Source of the DNA: Tubiluchus corallicola | Lineage: Eukaryota > Animalia > Priapulida | Length of the DNA stretch: 64,000 nt | Assembly: GCA_030141605.1 (NCBI GenBank) | Contig: JAQGDQ010000227.1 | Coordinates: forward strand, 186,001-250,000 | Direction of reading: 5' to 3' | Shown: in pieces, positions 12,423-25,556 of the stretch | Layout: every line of letters starts with the position of its first letter | How positions within the stretch are numbered: position 1 is the first letter of the stretch | Notes under the pieces: model-generated | The model's database searches: none | What the model saw: the letters and a program-made list of their open reading frames with translations, nothing else | What the model was told of the DNA's origin: nothing | Translations under genes and position numbers: made by a program

Positions 12423-13939
12423 AATAGTTTCATATTGGAACATCTTCGTCTTCGTTTTTTTAAGTCTCACTCTTTGTATTTAGTGTTAGGAAATATGTGT
12501 AAATTGATTGAAATTTATTCATAGTGACAACGTCATCTGCACTTTAATTTGGTCCATAATTAAAATCTTGCAGACCTGTGTAAAATTAGACTATTACTAT
12601 GCTGCAATGAGCTACATTAAAGGCAAGAAGGATGAAAGTTGTGAGGTTTGGTTTCATAACAATTGCGATTTCTTATCATATTTTGCAAAGTGTAGAGAAT
12701 TTTAGTAACCGTGTTTATTCTTTCATTTTATTAAATTTCAAATAAATAATATTGTTTCAATCAAAACCAGATCAGTCAAAAAGACTGTATTTAAAAAACA
12801 AATTTGCGTTACAGATCTGATAGTAATATGCATAAAGTGCATATTTTGATTGTGTTACTTCTGGGGAACTTTCTTACTTTATTTCTTTCTTCGGGGACTC
12901 TGTAATCTATGTTGTTGAGAATATAAGATTATGAAATTTATTCAGGTAAATTAATTACCTTAACAAGCAAATCTATACCAACAGCTGCAGTACTATTGAC
13001 TTCATACTTGAAGTGCTTTCCTCATACCCGACTAAATCCCTCTTCACTGCTTTACTCCCTGAAGGGAAAATCGAAATTTCCCGTAAAAATGCTTTCCTGT
13101 GCCCATTAGTAGCACATCCCAATTCTGAAATCTGTTAGGATAAAGACGTTGCGCTTATGAGGTTCATTTAGTAGCAATATCTGTGCTCCGTGTTGGAAAT
13201 CTGATATCTCTGTTTGCTCCTCGCCAAGCTCGCCTCCCTTCCCTCTCGTAGTTCAATAGCATTTTAAAATTCAACCGTCCTTGACAGGGGAGTTTGGTTG
13301 GTGAGTGGCTGAGGGAAAGGGTTATATCCTACAGGCAAATTACTGCCGTCGTTTATCGTATGTTCGACTCATTGTTAGTATTGGCAGTATTATCTTTTCT
13401 GCATGGCTGTTGTTTAATGTTAGTGCTGGTTTTTGTCTATCTGCTTGGAAGTAGCACGTCGCTGGTTTGATATGTAAGTATCTTGCGTTTTCTACTTAAT
13501 GTTACTATGATGTTACGAGTCTGTTTTTAGTGATGCGTTGAAGTAATCACGAAATGTTCTGCATGGACATTTGTTTTCTGTGCTCTTACAGTGTAATTAT
13601 GGTACGTGAACGTACCGGGTAATATTGTCTATATTGTTACCTGTGTAAATTTGGTAGTGTAGGCATTTGTGACTAGTTTGTAAAAAATTATTATAGCATA
13701 TAATCACCCGGTTCATCTCTTTCCTTATTGTTTTTTGTAACAACTTACTGATTTAGAGACTTCTCCATTTTTTAGCTGCTCCTTATCCTCTTTCCTATTC
13801 TTTTACTCATTCCATTGCTTTTAGCTGTATCCCTGTCTGTGTATCCCTCTCCTTCTCTCCCCCTGTCGTTTTCTCTTCCATCTTTTTTCTTTCCGCAGAA
13901 TATTGCCTCTTTCCCATTCTCTTTCTCACTGCGTTGCTT

Positions 13940-13955
13940 TTAGCTCTGTCCATCC

Positions 13956-14018
<63 letters not shown>

Positions 14019-14055
14019 CTCTCTCTCTCTCTATCTCTCTCTCCCTCTCTCTCTG

Positions 14056-14113
<58 letters not shown>

Positions 14114-14200
14114 CCCTCTCTCTCCCCCCTCTCTCTCTTTCTCTGACCTCTCTTTTTTCTCTCTTTCTGTCCTTTTCTTTTCCATCTTTTTTCTCTTCGA
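13940..14200. repeat. (CT)n microsatellite / polypyrimidine tract
   Basis: Long imperfect CT dinucleotide run. Confidence 0.97.
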
Positions 14201-14309
14201 TTTTTTGTTCAGTTCTTCCCAGTCTTCCTCAAAATGAAAATTAGGATAATTAATGGTGAGAGAATCGCCTATGATTGTGTTATTTTTTTTATTAAAAGCC
14301 AATTGCACT

Positions 14310-15325
14310 CATTAATTTCTGCTGTGCTCATTAATTTCTACTATGTTCTCGTTAGCTTGCATTGTATTCATTAACAGCCACTGTACATATTAACTTGCAC
14401 AGTACTCATTAACTTCCATTGTACTCACTAACTTTCACTGTACTCTTTAACTTCCGCCTGTACATATTAACTTACACTGTACTCATTACATTACACTGTA
14501 CTTACTAATTTCCACTGTACTCCACTGTATTCATTAACTTACGCTGTTCTCAGTAACTTCTGCTGTACTCATTAACTGCTGCTTTACTCATTAACTTCCA
14601 CTGTATTCATTAACTTACGCTGTTCTCAGTAACTTCTGTTGTACTCATTAACTTCTGCTGTACTCATTAACTGCTGCTTTACTCATTAACTTCCACTGTA
14701 CTCATTAACTTCCACTGTACTCACTAACTTCTGCTTTGCTCATTAACTTCCACCTGTACTCATTAACTTACGCTGTTCTCAGTAACTTCTGTTGTACTCA
14801 TTAACTGCTGCTTTACTCATTAACTTCCACTGTATTCATTAACTTACGCTGTTCTCAGTAACTTCTGTTGTACTCATTAACTTCTGCTGTACTCATTAAC
14901 TGCTGCTTTACTCATTAACTTCCACTGTATTCATTAACTTACGCTGTTCTCAGTAACTTCTGTTGTACTCATTAACTTCTGCTGTACTCATTAACTGCTG
15001 CTTTACTCATTAACTTCCACTGTTTTCATTAACTTCCACTGTACTCATTAACTTCCACTGTACTCACTAACTTCTGCTTTGCTCATTAACTTCCGCCTGT
15101 ACTCATTAACTTCCACTGTACCCATTAACTTCTGCTGAACTCATTAACTTCCGCCTGTACTCATTAACTTCTGCTGTACTCATTAACTTCCACTCTACTC
15201 ATTAACTTCCATTGTACTCATTAACTTCCACTGTACTTATTAACTTCCGCCTCTACTCATTAACTTCTGCTTTGCTCATTAACGTCCATTGTACTCATTA
15301 ACTTCCACTGTACTCATTAACTTCC
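14310..15325. repeat. Minisatellite, 19 bp unit, ~53 copies, with higher-order structure
   Basis: Unit ACTCATTAACTTCCACTGT; degenerate at the left edge; variant monomers recur in order. Confidence 0.95.
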
Positions 15326-16059
15326 TCATTGATCTGCTGCAGTAGCTATCTTGCTTAGCTAAGTTTCTTTGTTTTTTCATTGTAAAAAGTTCATATTTGG
15401 TGGAAGTTAATGACAAAGTTAAAAAGAACTTTAGTTTGGTACTGATGAAGAAAGTTTGAATCCAGCTGTCCGTTGTTCCATCATTTCTATCTGATCAGTC
15501 ATTCGACAAACCGAGACAGTGCACTGTAATGTTATCCTGCCAGCCACGTAGCTGGTTAGATGGTTAATCAGTTCGTCACGCAGTTAGTCAACAAATCAAC
15601 CTTCCAGACAGACTGAGTCGGTCACTCACTCAGGAGGTGCTATTTCAGAACTTGAGTTTCCGTATTATCCACGTTACATACACATTATTGGTGAATTCTT
15701 TCACATTAACAGTAAATTAAGCGAGAGTAGGTTGTATTATTATTGGTCTCTGTATGGTCATAGTATACTTTTTGCCATACTTACAGCTGATATCTTTTTA
15801 TTATCTTTTTATTGTAAATTCAATTTTATTCAGTTTTTTAACTGTAATTTTTGCATGCAAATATACCTTTTATCTATCCATCTAGTATACAAAATAGTAT
15901 AACTACTACTTTATATGCTTATCTATTTACTGTTGATACAGATTTTAGTGATACCGATTTTTTAGTATTTGTCGTTTTGTTTTTGAGGAATTTGCAAATG
16001 TCCATCTTTTCAGTTCGTCTGTCATTACAGTCAGGAAATTGAAGATAAATTTCAGTATT

Positions 16060-16401
16060 TTGTCTTCCCTTCTCGGGCTCCATTATTCTGCACACTGGCT
16101 CATACGCCTCATAAATTTGCTTAATGTCATGAATAAAACTAACTTATGTAGAAAGACGGAGGGAAAGCCAAAAGTTATGCGTATTGTAATTGATTATTCG
16201 TCATTTCAACGCGCGTTTAAACGGGAGGTTTCAAATACAGCCAAACTTCGCCGTAGATTAGCATTTGCCTATGCGTCCTAATCAGCAGTTTTAACCGAAA
16301 ATGCCCGGACGCGTCCGTTATTAGAAATACAAAGCTGTGCTCAGCGAAAACTCGCGTTTACCCCTTCACGAGGGGGTGGGCACTGGCTGTGAAAGAGTTA
16401 A
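16060..16401. mobile_element. Possible terminal part of a piggyBac-type MITE
   Basis: CpG-richer segment ending GGCACTGGCTGTGAAAGAG-TTAA (reverse TTAA-CTCTTT); partner end not found. Confidence 0.3.
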
Positions 16402-16838
16402 AGAACTGACTGACTCGGTCGCGCAGTTTTGTGAAAAAATTCAATTGGTGAAAATTTCGATTTCTGCTCTGAATGGGGCCTCATGGGGGGACGCTAGTGT
16501 TGGGATCAGCTGTCATCGGAGACACCTGCAGGACGACAGGGTGCGCTGCAAATGCCAAAATCTTTTTATTTTATGCAGAATCTGCGGAAATGTAATTTTC
16601 GGTGGCCATTGTTCAAAAATTTCGACTTTAGTGCTATTTTTTAAAAAAAATAATATGCCAACTTTGTGTTTTAGAAGTCCATTTTTCCATTTTTAAACGG
16701 AAGTGGGGCTGACAAGCCTCTGGCGTAGCAGTGTCTTGTTTTTTTGCTGGATTACTGCTGCGTTTACCTGTCTGAAGGCAGATTTCTTTTATTTTAGAAT
16801 TCTGCCTGCCCAATGTCTACAATAGACGTGACGGGCGT

Positions 16839-16849
16839 ATGATGATGAA

Positions 16850-16938
<89 letters not shown>
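16839..16938. repeat. (GAT)n microsatellite, ~33 units
   Basis: Nearly perfect GAT run. Confidence 0.98.
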
Positions 16939-17088
16939 CATTTTTCCTGGTGTGATTTCTGAGAAAGTGAGAAATTTCTGTTTGAGTGTAAATATCTTTT
17001 TTGTCTGTGTTAATGTAGTTTTGTATAAAGATGCCAAATTGATCGATCCAGTAAACTTAAAAAGTATTGCAAGTAGCTAAATATTTGT

Positions 17089-17570
17089 TTAAGACAGAAA
17101 AAAGCGCTTTACTGATATAAAGTTGGAAAATCATCTTAAAATTTTGTATCACATACTGCCTTATTATGAGCCGTGTTCGTATTAGCAGTTGCGCTATATA
17201 AAAAACTTGAAATTTAAACTCCCTCGATGACCGTTAGGCGCAGCCATTTTAATGGTAGGTCGTTTGAAGCAAATTTAGATAACATTGAGTAAAGTTTGAA
17301 AAATCATCAGAACATTATTCACTAATTAACTAAAACTCTAAATTACTGTATATCTTGTCAGTGTAAAATTAAAAGTACTTTTTTCGGTGAATCAGTGGTG
17401 CACACTGGGAAGGCGAGTCAGTAATGTTTTTACCATGTGGCGCGAACATTTTAAATTATCAAGAATTTTCTTTTGTATTACATAAGTCTTTCTAGCAGGT
17501 CAGCGCGTTGTCGAGTGACGTCTGGAAAGTTTTTTGGGATAGACATTAAAATTCCCTTCTCTTCCCCTTT
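17089..17570 (+). mobile_element. MITE family A, diverged 3'-truncated copy
   Basis: Shares ACATACTGCC, AAATTTAAACTCCC, GCAGCCATTTT, GTGGTGCAC, TTACATAAGTCTT and GGAAAGTTTTTTGGGA with 8156-8848. Confidence 0.8.
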
Positions 17571-17774
17571 AGCTAATACACGCAAGATATGCACAATTGT
17601 GTTTGTTAGTTAAATTAAAATTCGGTAAAATAAATTCGGTATTATGATTATTATTATCATTCTTTGTTTTAACTCCTTGAACGTTATGTATTGCCCATCT
17701 GTTATAGTTTTAACGTAATGGAAATAATATGTACGTGTCATGGTTTTTTGCACAGCCAAGGAAAAAAAATTCGT

Positions 17775-18225
17775 TTCTATTCTATTCTTTTCTGTTCTGT
17801 TCTATTCTGTTCTATTCTATTCTATTCTATTCTATTCTATTCTATTCTGTTCTGTTCTGTTCTGTTCTGTTCTGTTCTGTTCTGTTCTGTTCTGTTCTGT
17901 TCTGTTCTGTTCTGTTCTGTTCTGTTCTGTTCTGTTCTGTTCTGTTCTGTTCTGTTCTGTTATGTTATGTTCTGTTCTATTCTATTCTGTTCTATTCCAT
18001 TCTGTTCTGTTATGTTCTATTCTGTTCTATTCTATTCCATTCTGTTGTTTTCTATTCTGTTCTGTTCCATTCCATTCTGTTCTATTCTGTTCTGTTCTGT
18101 TCTATTCTGTTCTGCTCTGCTCTGTTCTGTTCTATTCTGTTCTATTCTGTTGTTGTCTATTCTGTGCTTTTCTATTCTGTTCTGTTCTATTCTATTCTGT
18201 TCTGCTCTATTATATTCAATTCTAT
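17775..18225. repeat. (TTCTA/TTCTG)n pentanucleotide microsatellite
   Basis: About 90 units with blocks of TTCTA and TTCTG; possibly an expanded retroelement tail. Confidence 0.97.
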
Positions 18226-19069
18226 AATCTATTTTAAGAAATTCAAGAAGAAAGAGAATTCGTGAAAGGAGCCGTACTCTGATCTTAGTTATCTATCATA
18301 TTACATTTATCCATATTAGAATGCAACATTTGTGTAGTCGCCTTTACACTCTTAGTATTTTAAACTTACAGATGCTTACAGATACGATGTACTTGCTTTA
18401 ATTGGCTCAATTTTGCAGGTCCTTGTTAAAACTTCACTGTTTGCCAAATTATTTTCTTAGAAAATATTTTCCCCAGATTTTGAAAGCACATAAGTGAGAG
18501 ATGATGTAATCACTTTAGTCTGCATAACTGCTGACTAATCTGCATAACTACCCGGTGCCTGGCAAACTTAAATGCAAGAAGAACTAGGTTTGTGCAAACC
18601 GGCTTTAATGATGTATTAAGAAAACATACTTGTCTAAGAAAACGTATTCAGTCCTTCAAAACTTTCCACGTACAGTGTATAATTATACATTAATCATCAT
18701 TAAGCTTACTTGTTTTGACATTTGACTCGTAATTAACTCGTATATGTGAAAATATCATTTAGATGTGCCGCCGAGATTAGAGTTGCCTGCATCTAACTGC
18801 TTACAAAAACGCTTGTAGCCTACCCCATAAATTACCTGCATGTCCAAATTAATATCAAAAACATTAATTTTAATTTCCATTCATGAATACGTTTTTGTTT
18901 CTTTGGTTTTACTTCACTTCCTCCTATCAGAGGATGTAATGATTACAACTTTTTCCTGCCCGTTCACATGAGAAAAATTAAAACTGATTTTTTCAGGTCT
19001 TTTACTCTTCTTGAAAACTATTAATCGAAATTAATCCATGGCTTATATTTTCGCAATACTGGTGCTAGA

Positions 19070-19690
19070 CGGGTCCGTATTATGACCCTTTGGGAACCCT
19101 TTGTCCTGAGTTGGGTGGCCGAGTGGTTTAGATTTCGGACTGCAGTCACGCAGTTCTGAGTTCGATACCAGCAGAAGGGCATTAGGGCATATACTCTACA
19201 TGTTATTTGTTATTTGTGTATTGTGTACCTGTATTGTCGTAAGTGTAAGTTGCTAAATAGTATTAGTGTTAATGTTGTCTGTTAAGTGAGTGACGGTAAA
19301 TAAACTTTGCCTTTTGTCTTTTTTGCCCCTAGACTAATGAAATTATGGGGCCCCCTAAGACGGAGCCACCCTCTAACTCACCCGCATCCGTCTTGACTAT
19401 TTCTTATTTTAGCGACATTTACATTACTTGAAGTAAACTTATTGCAAATTCTTTAAATAAACTAGAATAGCTGTATTTTGTTTGTCAATAAAAATATTCG
19501 TTAAGAAGTACCACTATTTTACTGTTTATTGCAAGTATAGTATAGTATAGTTTACTAGTATAGCACATATTTCAACACAGCGGTAGTGAAAATAGATTTT
19601 TTTTGTACCGAATGTTACCAAATCTTTGCCCCCAAGCTTGACGGTCCCTAGACTGCAGCCTGTACTTGCCTATAGTGTAATCCGTGCCTG
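19070..19690. mobile_element. Old hAT-type MITE interrupted by a SINE
   Basis: Imperfect TIRs CGGGTCCGTATTA / TAATCCGTGCCTG (consensus CAGGGCCGGATTA), GGGCCCC/CCCTAGAC subterminal motifs, decayed 8-bp TSD GTGCTAGA / GTTATAGT. Confidence 0.55.
19105..19330 (+). mobile_element. tRNA-derived SINE (Cys-like head), copy 1
   Basis: A box TGGCCGAGTGG, CTGCAGT anticodon-like loop, B box GAGTTCGATACC, tRNA-unrelated body, (CTTTG)-like tail; second copy at 30400-30645. Confidence 0.8.
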
Positions 19691-20244
19691 GTTATAGTTG
19701 TCGCTGTTGCCAAAATATTCATTCAGTTGCATACGTTGCATATGATTGACTGGTATGCTGCTCGTACGTAGTGTACATTTCTTACGTGCAAATGCACTTT
19801 GACTTTGTAAACGTAAGTTTTCAATTGGCAAGTAAAGATTTTATCGATCTATTTATCTACATGTTGAAATAGTTTTTTATTTTGTCTCGCACAACTTTTT
19901 ATATATATAATAAGTTCATTTAAATGCTTGAATCGGTTATTTCTCCACTATTTTCTATAATAAGTTTACCTAAACGTTTGAATCGGCTATTTCTCCACTA
20001 TTTTCTACTGCTGTTTCACATTTTGCTGCAAATTTGAAAAAGGAACCAGCTTCACAATGCGCAACAAGAAACAATTAGGTTCAGGTTTAGCTTAGGCTAG
20101 TTTTTACTTGAAACAAATGCGTATCGAAAATAAGAAAATAACAATATTTATTTACAAAAAAAAATGCAAATAAAAACAGCCAAAAGAGCATAAATTAAAC
20201 GTAATATGCAAAAAGCTGCGAAGTTTTTAAACTATTTAACCATT

Positions 20245-20400
20245 TATATATATATGTGTAATGTATATATAAATATATATAATATATGTATGTATATGTA
20301 TATATAAATAAAGATGATATTTATATATATGTAAGTATACATATACATAAATATCATCTTTATTCACACATAATGATTGCATTACATGTAATATATAATA
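20245..20400. repeat. Degenerate (AT)n low-complexity tract
   Basis: TATATA/ATGT-rich stretch. Confidence 0.75.
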
Positions 20401-21289
20401 GGGTAAGTAGTGCTATTTACATTGGTATATACATTACTTTGTTAGTAGCGAATACAACATTTCATTAATATCATTAACTGTGAAACCTTCAATTACATAT
20501 TCATTATGCAAAGTCCAGAACTGAATGTACGCTATCATGTTGACAGGTCTATAAGCATAAGTATGGTGGCTCAAGTGTGCTCTAATACTGTTTCTGCCCA
20601 GTATACTTATACTAGTACAGTTATTTAACACAGCTAATGAGCAAAGAACTGGATTAACAGATAAATTTGGGTTACAGTCGAGCTTTAAATTCGCTTATGG
20701 AAGAGTATATCTATTTTTCCGGTTGAAAAAAGTATTTTTTTCTGTCTTTTCTTCATTGTTGATAGGAATTTGTGAATAGAGATAATTATCAATTTTGATG
20801 ACAGTTTAACGAGGTTCATTCCACTATTGTTAGCATCTAGTAGCAGATACTTGCGAAGAGTGACAACACGAATTTTTCTGTAAATTTAAAAAATAAAAAA
20901 GGTCAACAAATTTACTAACAATAATTGCGATAAAACCGGTTACTTTGATAGGAATCTAATCTTTGTATAAAATCACGTGTATTCAGAATTACTCAGGACT
21001 GAAGCTGTTTTGCTCTAAAAGCAAATTGCTAAAGCTTTTCCACCTTGTACAACCTTGTTTACTTCCTAGAATGTGCAGCTTCTACTTTTTGCGTGACTTC
21101 TATTCTTAGTTGCTTTGCATATCAGCAAGTGGGTATAAAGGAAACAGTTAATTGTAAATTTTAACGTAGTTATCAAAGAGGTATTTTAATTTATGCACAA
21201 AATTCCAACACGTTCGAGTTCCTGTACCTTTTGGCATAGGACAGGTCAGTCTACCAGTTATGAGTCACTAGATATTATCACGTTTCTAA

Positions 21290-21796
21290 CCTAGGACTTG
21301 ACCATAATTATGGTTATTTACTAGGACTTGACCATAGGTATGATTATTTACTAGGACTTGACCATAGGTATGATTATTTACTAGGACTTGACCATAGGTA
21401 TGATTATTTACTAGGACTTGACCATAGGTATGATTATTTACTAGGACTTGACCATAGGTATGGTTATTTACTAGGACTTGACCATAGGTATGATTATTTA
21501 CTAGGACTTGACCATAGGTATGATTATTTACTAGGACTTGACCATAGGTATGATTATTTACTAGGACTTGACCATAGGTATGGTTATTTACTAGGACTTT
21601 ACCATAGGTATGGTTATTTACTAGGACTTGACCATAGGTATGGTTATTTACTAGGACTTGACCATAGGTATGGTTATTTACTAGGACTTGACCATAGGTA
21701 TGGTTATTTACTAGGACTTTACCATAGGTATGGTTATTTACTAGGACTTGACCATAGGTATGATTATTTACTAGGACTTGACCATAGGTATGGTTA
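21290..21796. repeat. Minisatellite, 30 bp unit, ~17 copies
   Basis: Unit ACTAGGACTTGACCATAGGTATGRTTATTT, nearly identical copies. Confidence 0.98.
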
Positions 21797-21924
21797 TGTA
21801 GTGTATTAAGATTAATAGTGCATTAATACGTACATTTACGTGTAATAGTAAAACAATCGCTAGGACTACTTGGTCGTTGTGGTCATCACTTTTCTGCTTT
21901 GTATAAAAGATGCATACATGCTGT

Positions 21925-22552
21925 ATAAAAGTGAAACCGGAGCCCATATTAAACTGTAGCTCAAAAGAAATGTGCATGCTGAAAGGGAACACAATTTTTT
22001 TAAGAATGATTTGCGTGAAATAATTATTACCACAGAAACGTGATTTCGCGTTCTCCCGGCTACTTCTTCGCTGATACATCCATTTCATCGTTCACTTGTT
22101 ACATGGGCACTATCATGTGTCTCTTAAACACAATGTACAAAAACATATGTACCCATCAGTTCATAGGTGTTCAGTTGTGACGTAGTGCATCACGTTCGAG
22201 AGCTCATGCGTAAGCACAGTCGTAAACTTGAAATTTGAATTTTAAACTTAAAATTTGTCGAGTTTTTGTATGTCACACCGAATGTTGTGCATTAGCACTG
22301 TACTCCAATTTTCACTTTGGCAAACACGTGCAACACATTCGTGAAATACTCGTGACGTTGAAAATTGTATGTTACGTTGTGATGTGATCACTATTTGGCC
22401 TAAAACGGCTCGCCTGGCTGGCGTTAGTTAAGTTTTGAACCTGTTTATTTATCAGCAACGCTCTGGCATTATTATAGGTCTTAAAATGTATACTTTTTTT
22501 TACTGTACTTCAAAATTTGATAGGATATTAAAAATCATCCTGTTTTTCTTGA
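21925..22552 (+). mobile_element. MITE family C, diverged copy
   Basis: Colinear with 37330-38027 (AAACCGG...GCTCAAAA, ATTATTACCACA, AGCACAG.CGTAAA.TTGAAATTTGAATTTT, AAAATCATCCTGTTTT). Confidence 0.75.
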
Positions 22553-22584
22553 TGTTGGGATTTGCACTTTGACAATACAATCGA

Positions 22585-22643
22585 ATTAATATTAATTTCG
22601 AATTAATATTAATATTAATATTAATATTAATATTAATATTAAT
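22585..22643. repeat. (ATATTA)n self-complementary AT-only repeat
   Basis: AATTAATATTAAT...(ATATTA)~7. Confidence 0.9.
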
Positions 22644-23181
22644 GAACCATAAAATTGGTATTAAATTTTCCGATTATTGGAGTATAGCTGTTAGCTTTCA
22701 GTTTAAGTTGTAGTCAATACTTGCTTAGAGAAATTTTTGATATGTTTGTTAATTGTAATCTAGTTTGCTTATCTGCAACGGTAACTAACGCAATTTCTCG
22801 TTTGATGGAACTTACGAAACTAGACATTGAGGCAGCGTGGTAGTTGTACTGCCAATGTGAAACTCCTGTTACAATGATCTTTTGACAAAAACACGAAGCT
22901 TCCAAACCCAGTGCCTGTTGCGTCAATGTGATTGAAGTCTCGACTCTTGATGAAACTGGCATCTGTCATACACACCTGGTATTGTTCGACAGTAACTATG
23001 CAAGTGTATCTTCAGCTAAGAGCAATATTTGTTGCTGATGCTGAGGGTACAGGTGAGGAGGGGGTGAGTTAGGGATACGCAGGTGGAAATTTAGCTCATT
23101 AATTTATGCGACAACTGTTGTTAATTTGTGTAAATTCGTGTAAATGACTGTAATTAAACATGTCTGTGCAGATGCTTGAAG

Positions 23182-23744
23182 TTAAAGGAAGATCGGACGA
23201 TTGTTTAAACTCAATCTCGTTTTAATTTATTGTCCAAAATATACTTTTTCTTGCCTGTAAAAGTTAACAATTGTTCCTTATATTTGAATAATTAGCTTAT
23301 AAAGTTAATTAATGGCAACCGAACACAGCTATTGCTTACGTCAGAAACTAACCACAGTTTGTGCAACGGCAGGCGTCTCCCTTTGCGCATCAAGCACATT
23401 TGCATATAAGTGTTACGGTACTGTTTAAACGCATGATGTCACGAAAAATGGGCTCTGCATCATATGACGTCAGAAACTAACACTGCAGTTCATGGTCATG
23501 CTTATCACGGTACCCCCTTCTATTTGTCGGCCGCGCAAATGTGACAAAAAGGCGCCGCTGCCAATCTTAGTAGATTCACTTAGCCACGCGTAGCTTTGAA
23601 AGTTTAACGAAATTTGAATATCCGAGGTAATTATTATTTAATCCAAGTTTTGATTTAAAATAAGCTATTGTAGTTTTCAATATTTTAGACATGGCAATCT
23701 TTATTCTGAACTCGTGTTTACACAATCGCCCAATTTTCCTTTAA
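23182..23744 (+). mobile_element. MITE family B (TTAA-flanked, Kolobok/T2-like), full length
   Basis: TTAA-AGGAAGATCGGACGATTGTTTAAAC ... GTTTACACAATCGCCCAATTTTCCT-TTAA; ~25-bp imperfect TIR; inverted copy at 55104-55643. Confidence 0.9.
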
Positions 23745-24943
23745 CTGTTATTTTTCTGCAATGTCATTGACAGTGATACTGGGATTTACTTAAACTTAAC
23801 AACTAGCTCTACATGAAATTTTTAGGAAAACAAATTGTAGGTAAGAAAAACGTTTAGTAACTTCTAACTTTAGAGACGTGGGTGTTTCTACGTTTGCTCG
23901 TGCCAAGCCGCATCAATGGTGCAACTAAATTTCCATTGTCCACGTCAGTTGAAAGCCTCTTCGCTTTAATGCAGCTTGTTGTATCCAGAAATATCGATAA
24001 GCCTTAGAGTTTTAACCTACACTGTAGATGCGACCTGAACTGTGGTCAAAGCGTTTGTGTAGTAACTGCTAGGCTGCTAAAAACGGGGTAGAACTGCTAA
24101 CCTTTTTGCGGGGGGTTATGTAATGATTTGGTAAATTTTCTGATTTGCCGAAGACCACGTGAACTAACTATTTCCGCCATACGAGCAATCCCTAAAGCAT
24201 ATCCTACCTAGCCTGTGCTTAGATCACTGTGCTGCACAGGTAAGCCGCCTACAACGACATGTTCACTTCTGCTATTTTCCTCAATGCAAATTGCTCATTA
24301 ATAAAAACTGTTTAGAATTTTGCAGTCCTTTAGTTTGGTCTGAAATATTTAAACAGCTTAAATTTTTTATCAGTATTTTATACGTAAAGGCTTGACGCAT
24401 GTTACCTTGAACTAAACTGATAATAATTTCAATATGGCGGGAAGCTCGCGTCGCCTGCACGCTGAAGCCAAACCGTGAAAGGCTCACTAGGCGGCGACAC
24501 GTGCTGCAGGAATCTGGCTATCTCTCGAACGTTTATCATAAACGCGGCTTGGGTTTACAGTGGCATTAAAGGTTCATTGGTTTATTTTTTCCTCCATAAC
24601 ATCTTCGCATTCTTCATGTGTAAGTAGGCTCGTATGAAAACACGTTTTCCAGACAGACACATGTCTTAAGTTTTTTTCAATGCTATTTATTTCTTTGTGT
24701 TTTTATCTTTGCGGATGTTGGTTATATTTATTACTTTTTTCATACAGGCGTAGAAATTTTTTCAATTTTATATCGCAAAATGAGGCAAAACAGCAAAAGT
24801 AGCGAAGTTTGATTCTCAGTTTATGCCGGTGTGAACACGTTTTGCCACTTTTTCAACATTTTGAAATTACGGGTTAAAAATGATCTGCCTGTTCATTTAA
24901 AATCCTCTGTCTCTCACCGAATTCAAGCGTTCCAGCTTATTAC

Positions 24944-25556
24944 TAGGACTGAGCATCGAATGTTCGAGTTCGAATTCGATTCGAACGAGTTTTTTTTATT
25001 CCAAATCGATTCGAACCTAAAATCATTTACTCTTGCAAAGAAATTGTGAAAATCGCTGTAGTGTAAGATTAGAAACTTTCGTTTTTAAGGAAAAATGTCT
25101 TATAATTCCTGTATTTTTTTCAAAAAAATGTCCTATATTTTTTTAGAATAATGTCCTATATTTTTGAAAAGTAGAGTACGAGCCATGTTGTAGATTCGAA
25201 TAATTCAGCACTTCAACCACATACGTTCTTTATCGTTAAAACGTTTGAAACATCGTGCAATTAGCATAATTTAGCTATGATTTCTGCGCACAGTTTTTAA
25301 ACAAATTATCAGTGGTTTTACTGCAGAAGGAAACCGAGTAATATGCATGATATCTTTGTACGACTGATTTTTACTGGTGGCTCGAAAACTTGTTCGAAAA
25401 TCTTTTAATCTCATTTCGATTCGAAATCGAAATACTGAAGTTCGGTTCGATTCGAATTCGAAAGTCACAAAATCGACGCGATGCGTTCTAGTATCCCTGC
25501 TCCATTAAACTAATAAAATCGATTCGATGTATTCTAGTAGAGAATGCTCTCCCCTA
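24944..25556. mobile_element. hAT-type MITE with TTCGAA-rich subterminal regions
   Basis: TIR TAGGACTGAGCAT / ATGCTCTCCCCTA; 8-bp TSD CTTATTAC / GTTCTTAC (6/8); clustered TTCGA motifs near both ends. Confidence 0.75.

Noticed and set aside
11440-12470. Repetitive minus-strand ORFs (RCRSDQTQLVTKSTILINRK)
   Set aside because: Translations of the 84-85 bp array; poly-T length variation breaks the frame repeatedly.
13903-14308. SL/ER-repeat ORFs (also 27222-27898, 39910-40198) and LFCSV ORFs at 17691-18265
   Set aside because: Artefacts of (CT)n and (TTCTR)n microsatellites.
19105-19180. tRNA-Cys gene (also 30575-30645)
   Set aside because: No proper acceptor-stem pairing; homology between copies continues ~170 bp into a non-tRNA body and tail, so SINE.
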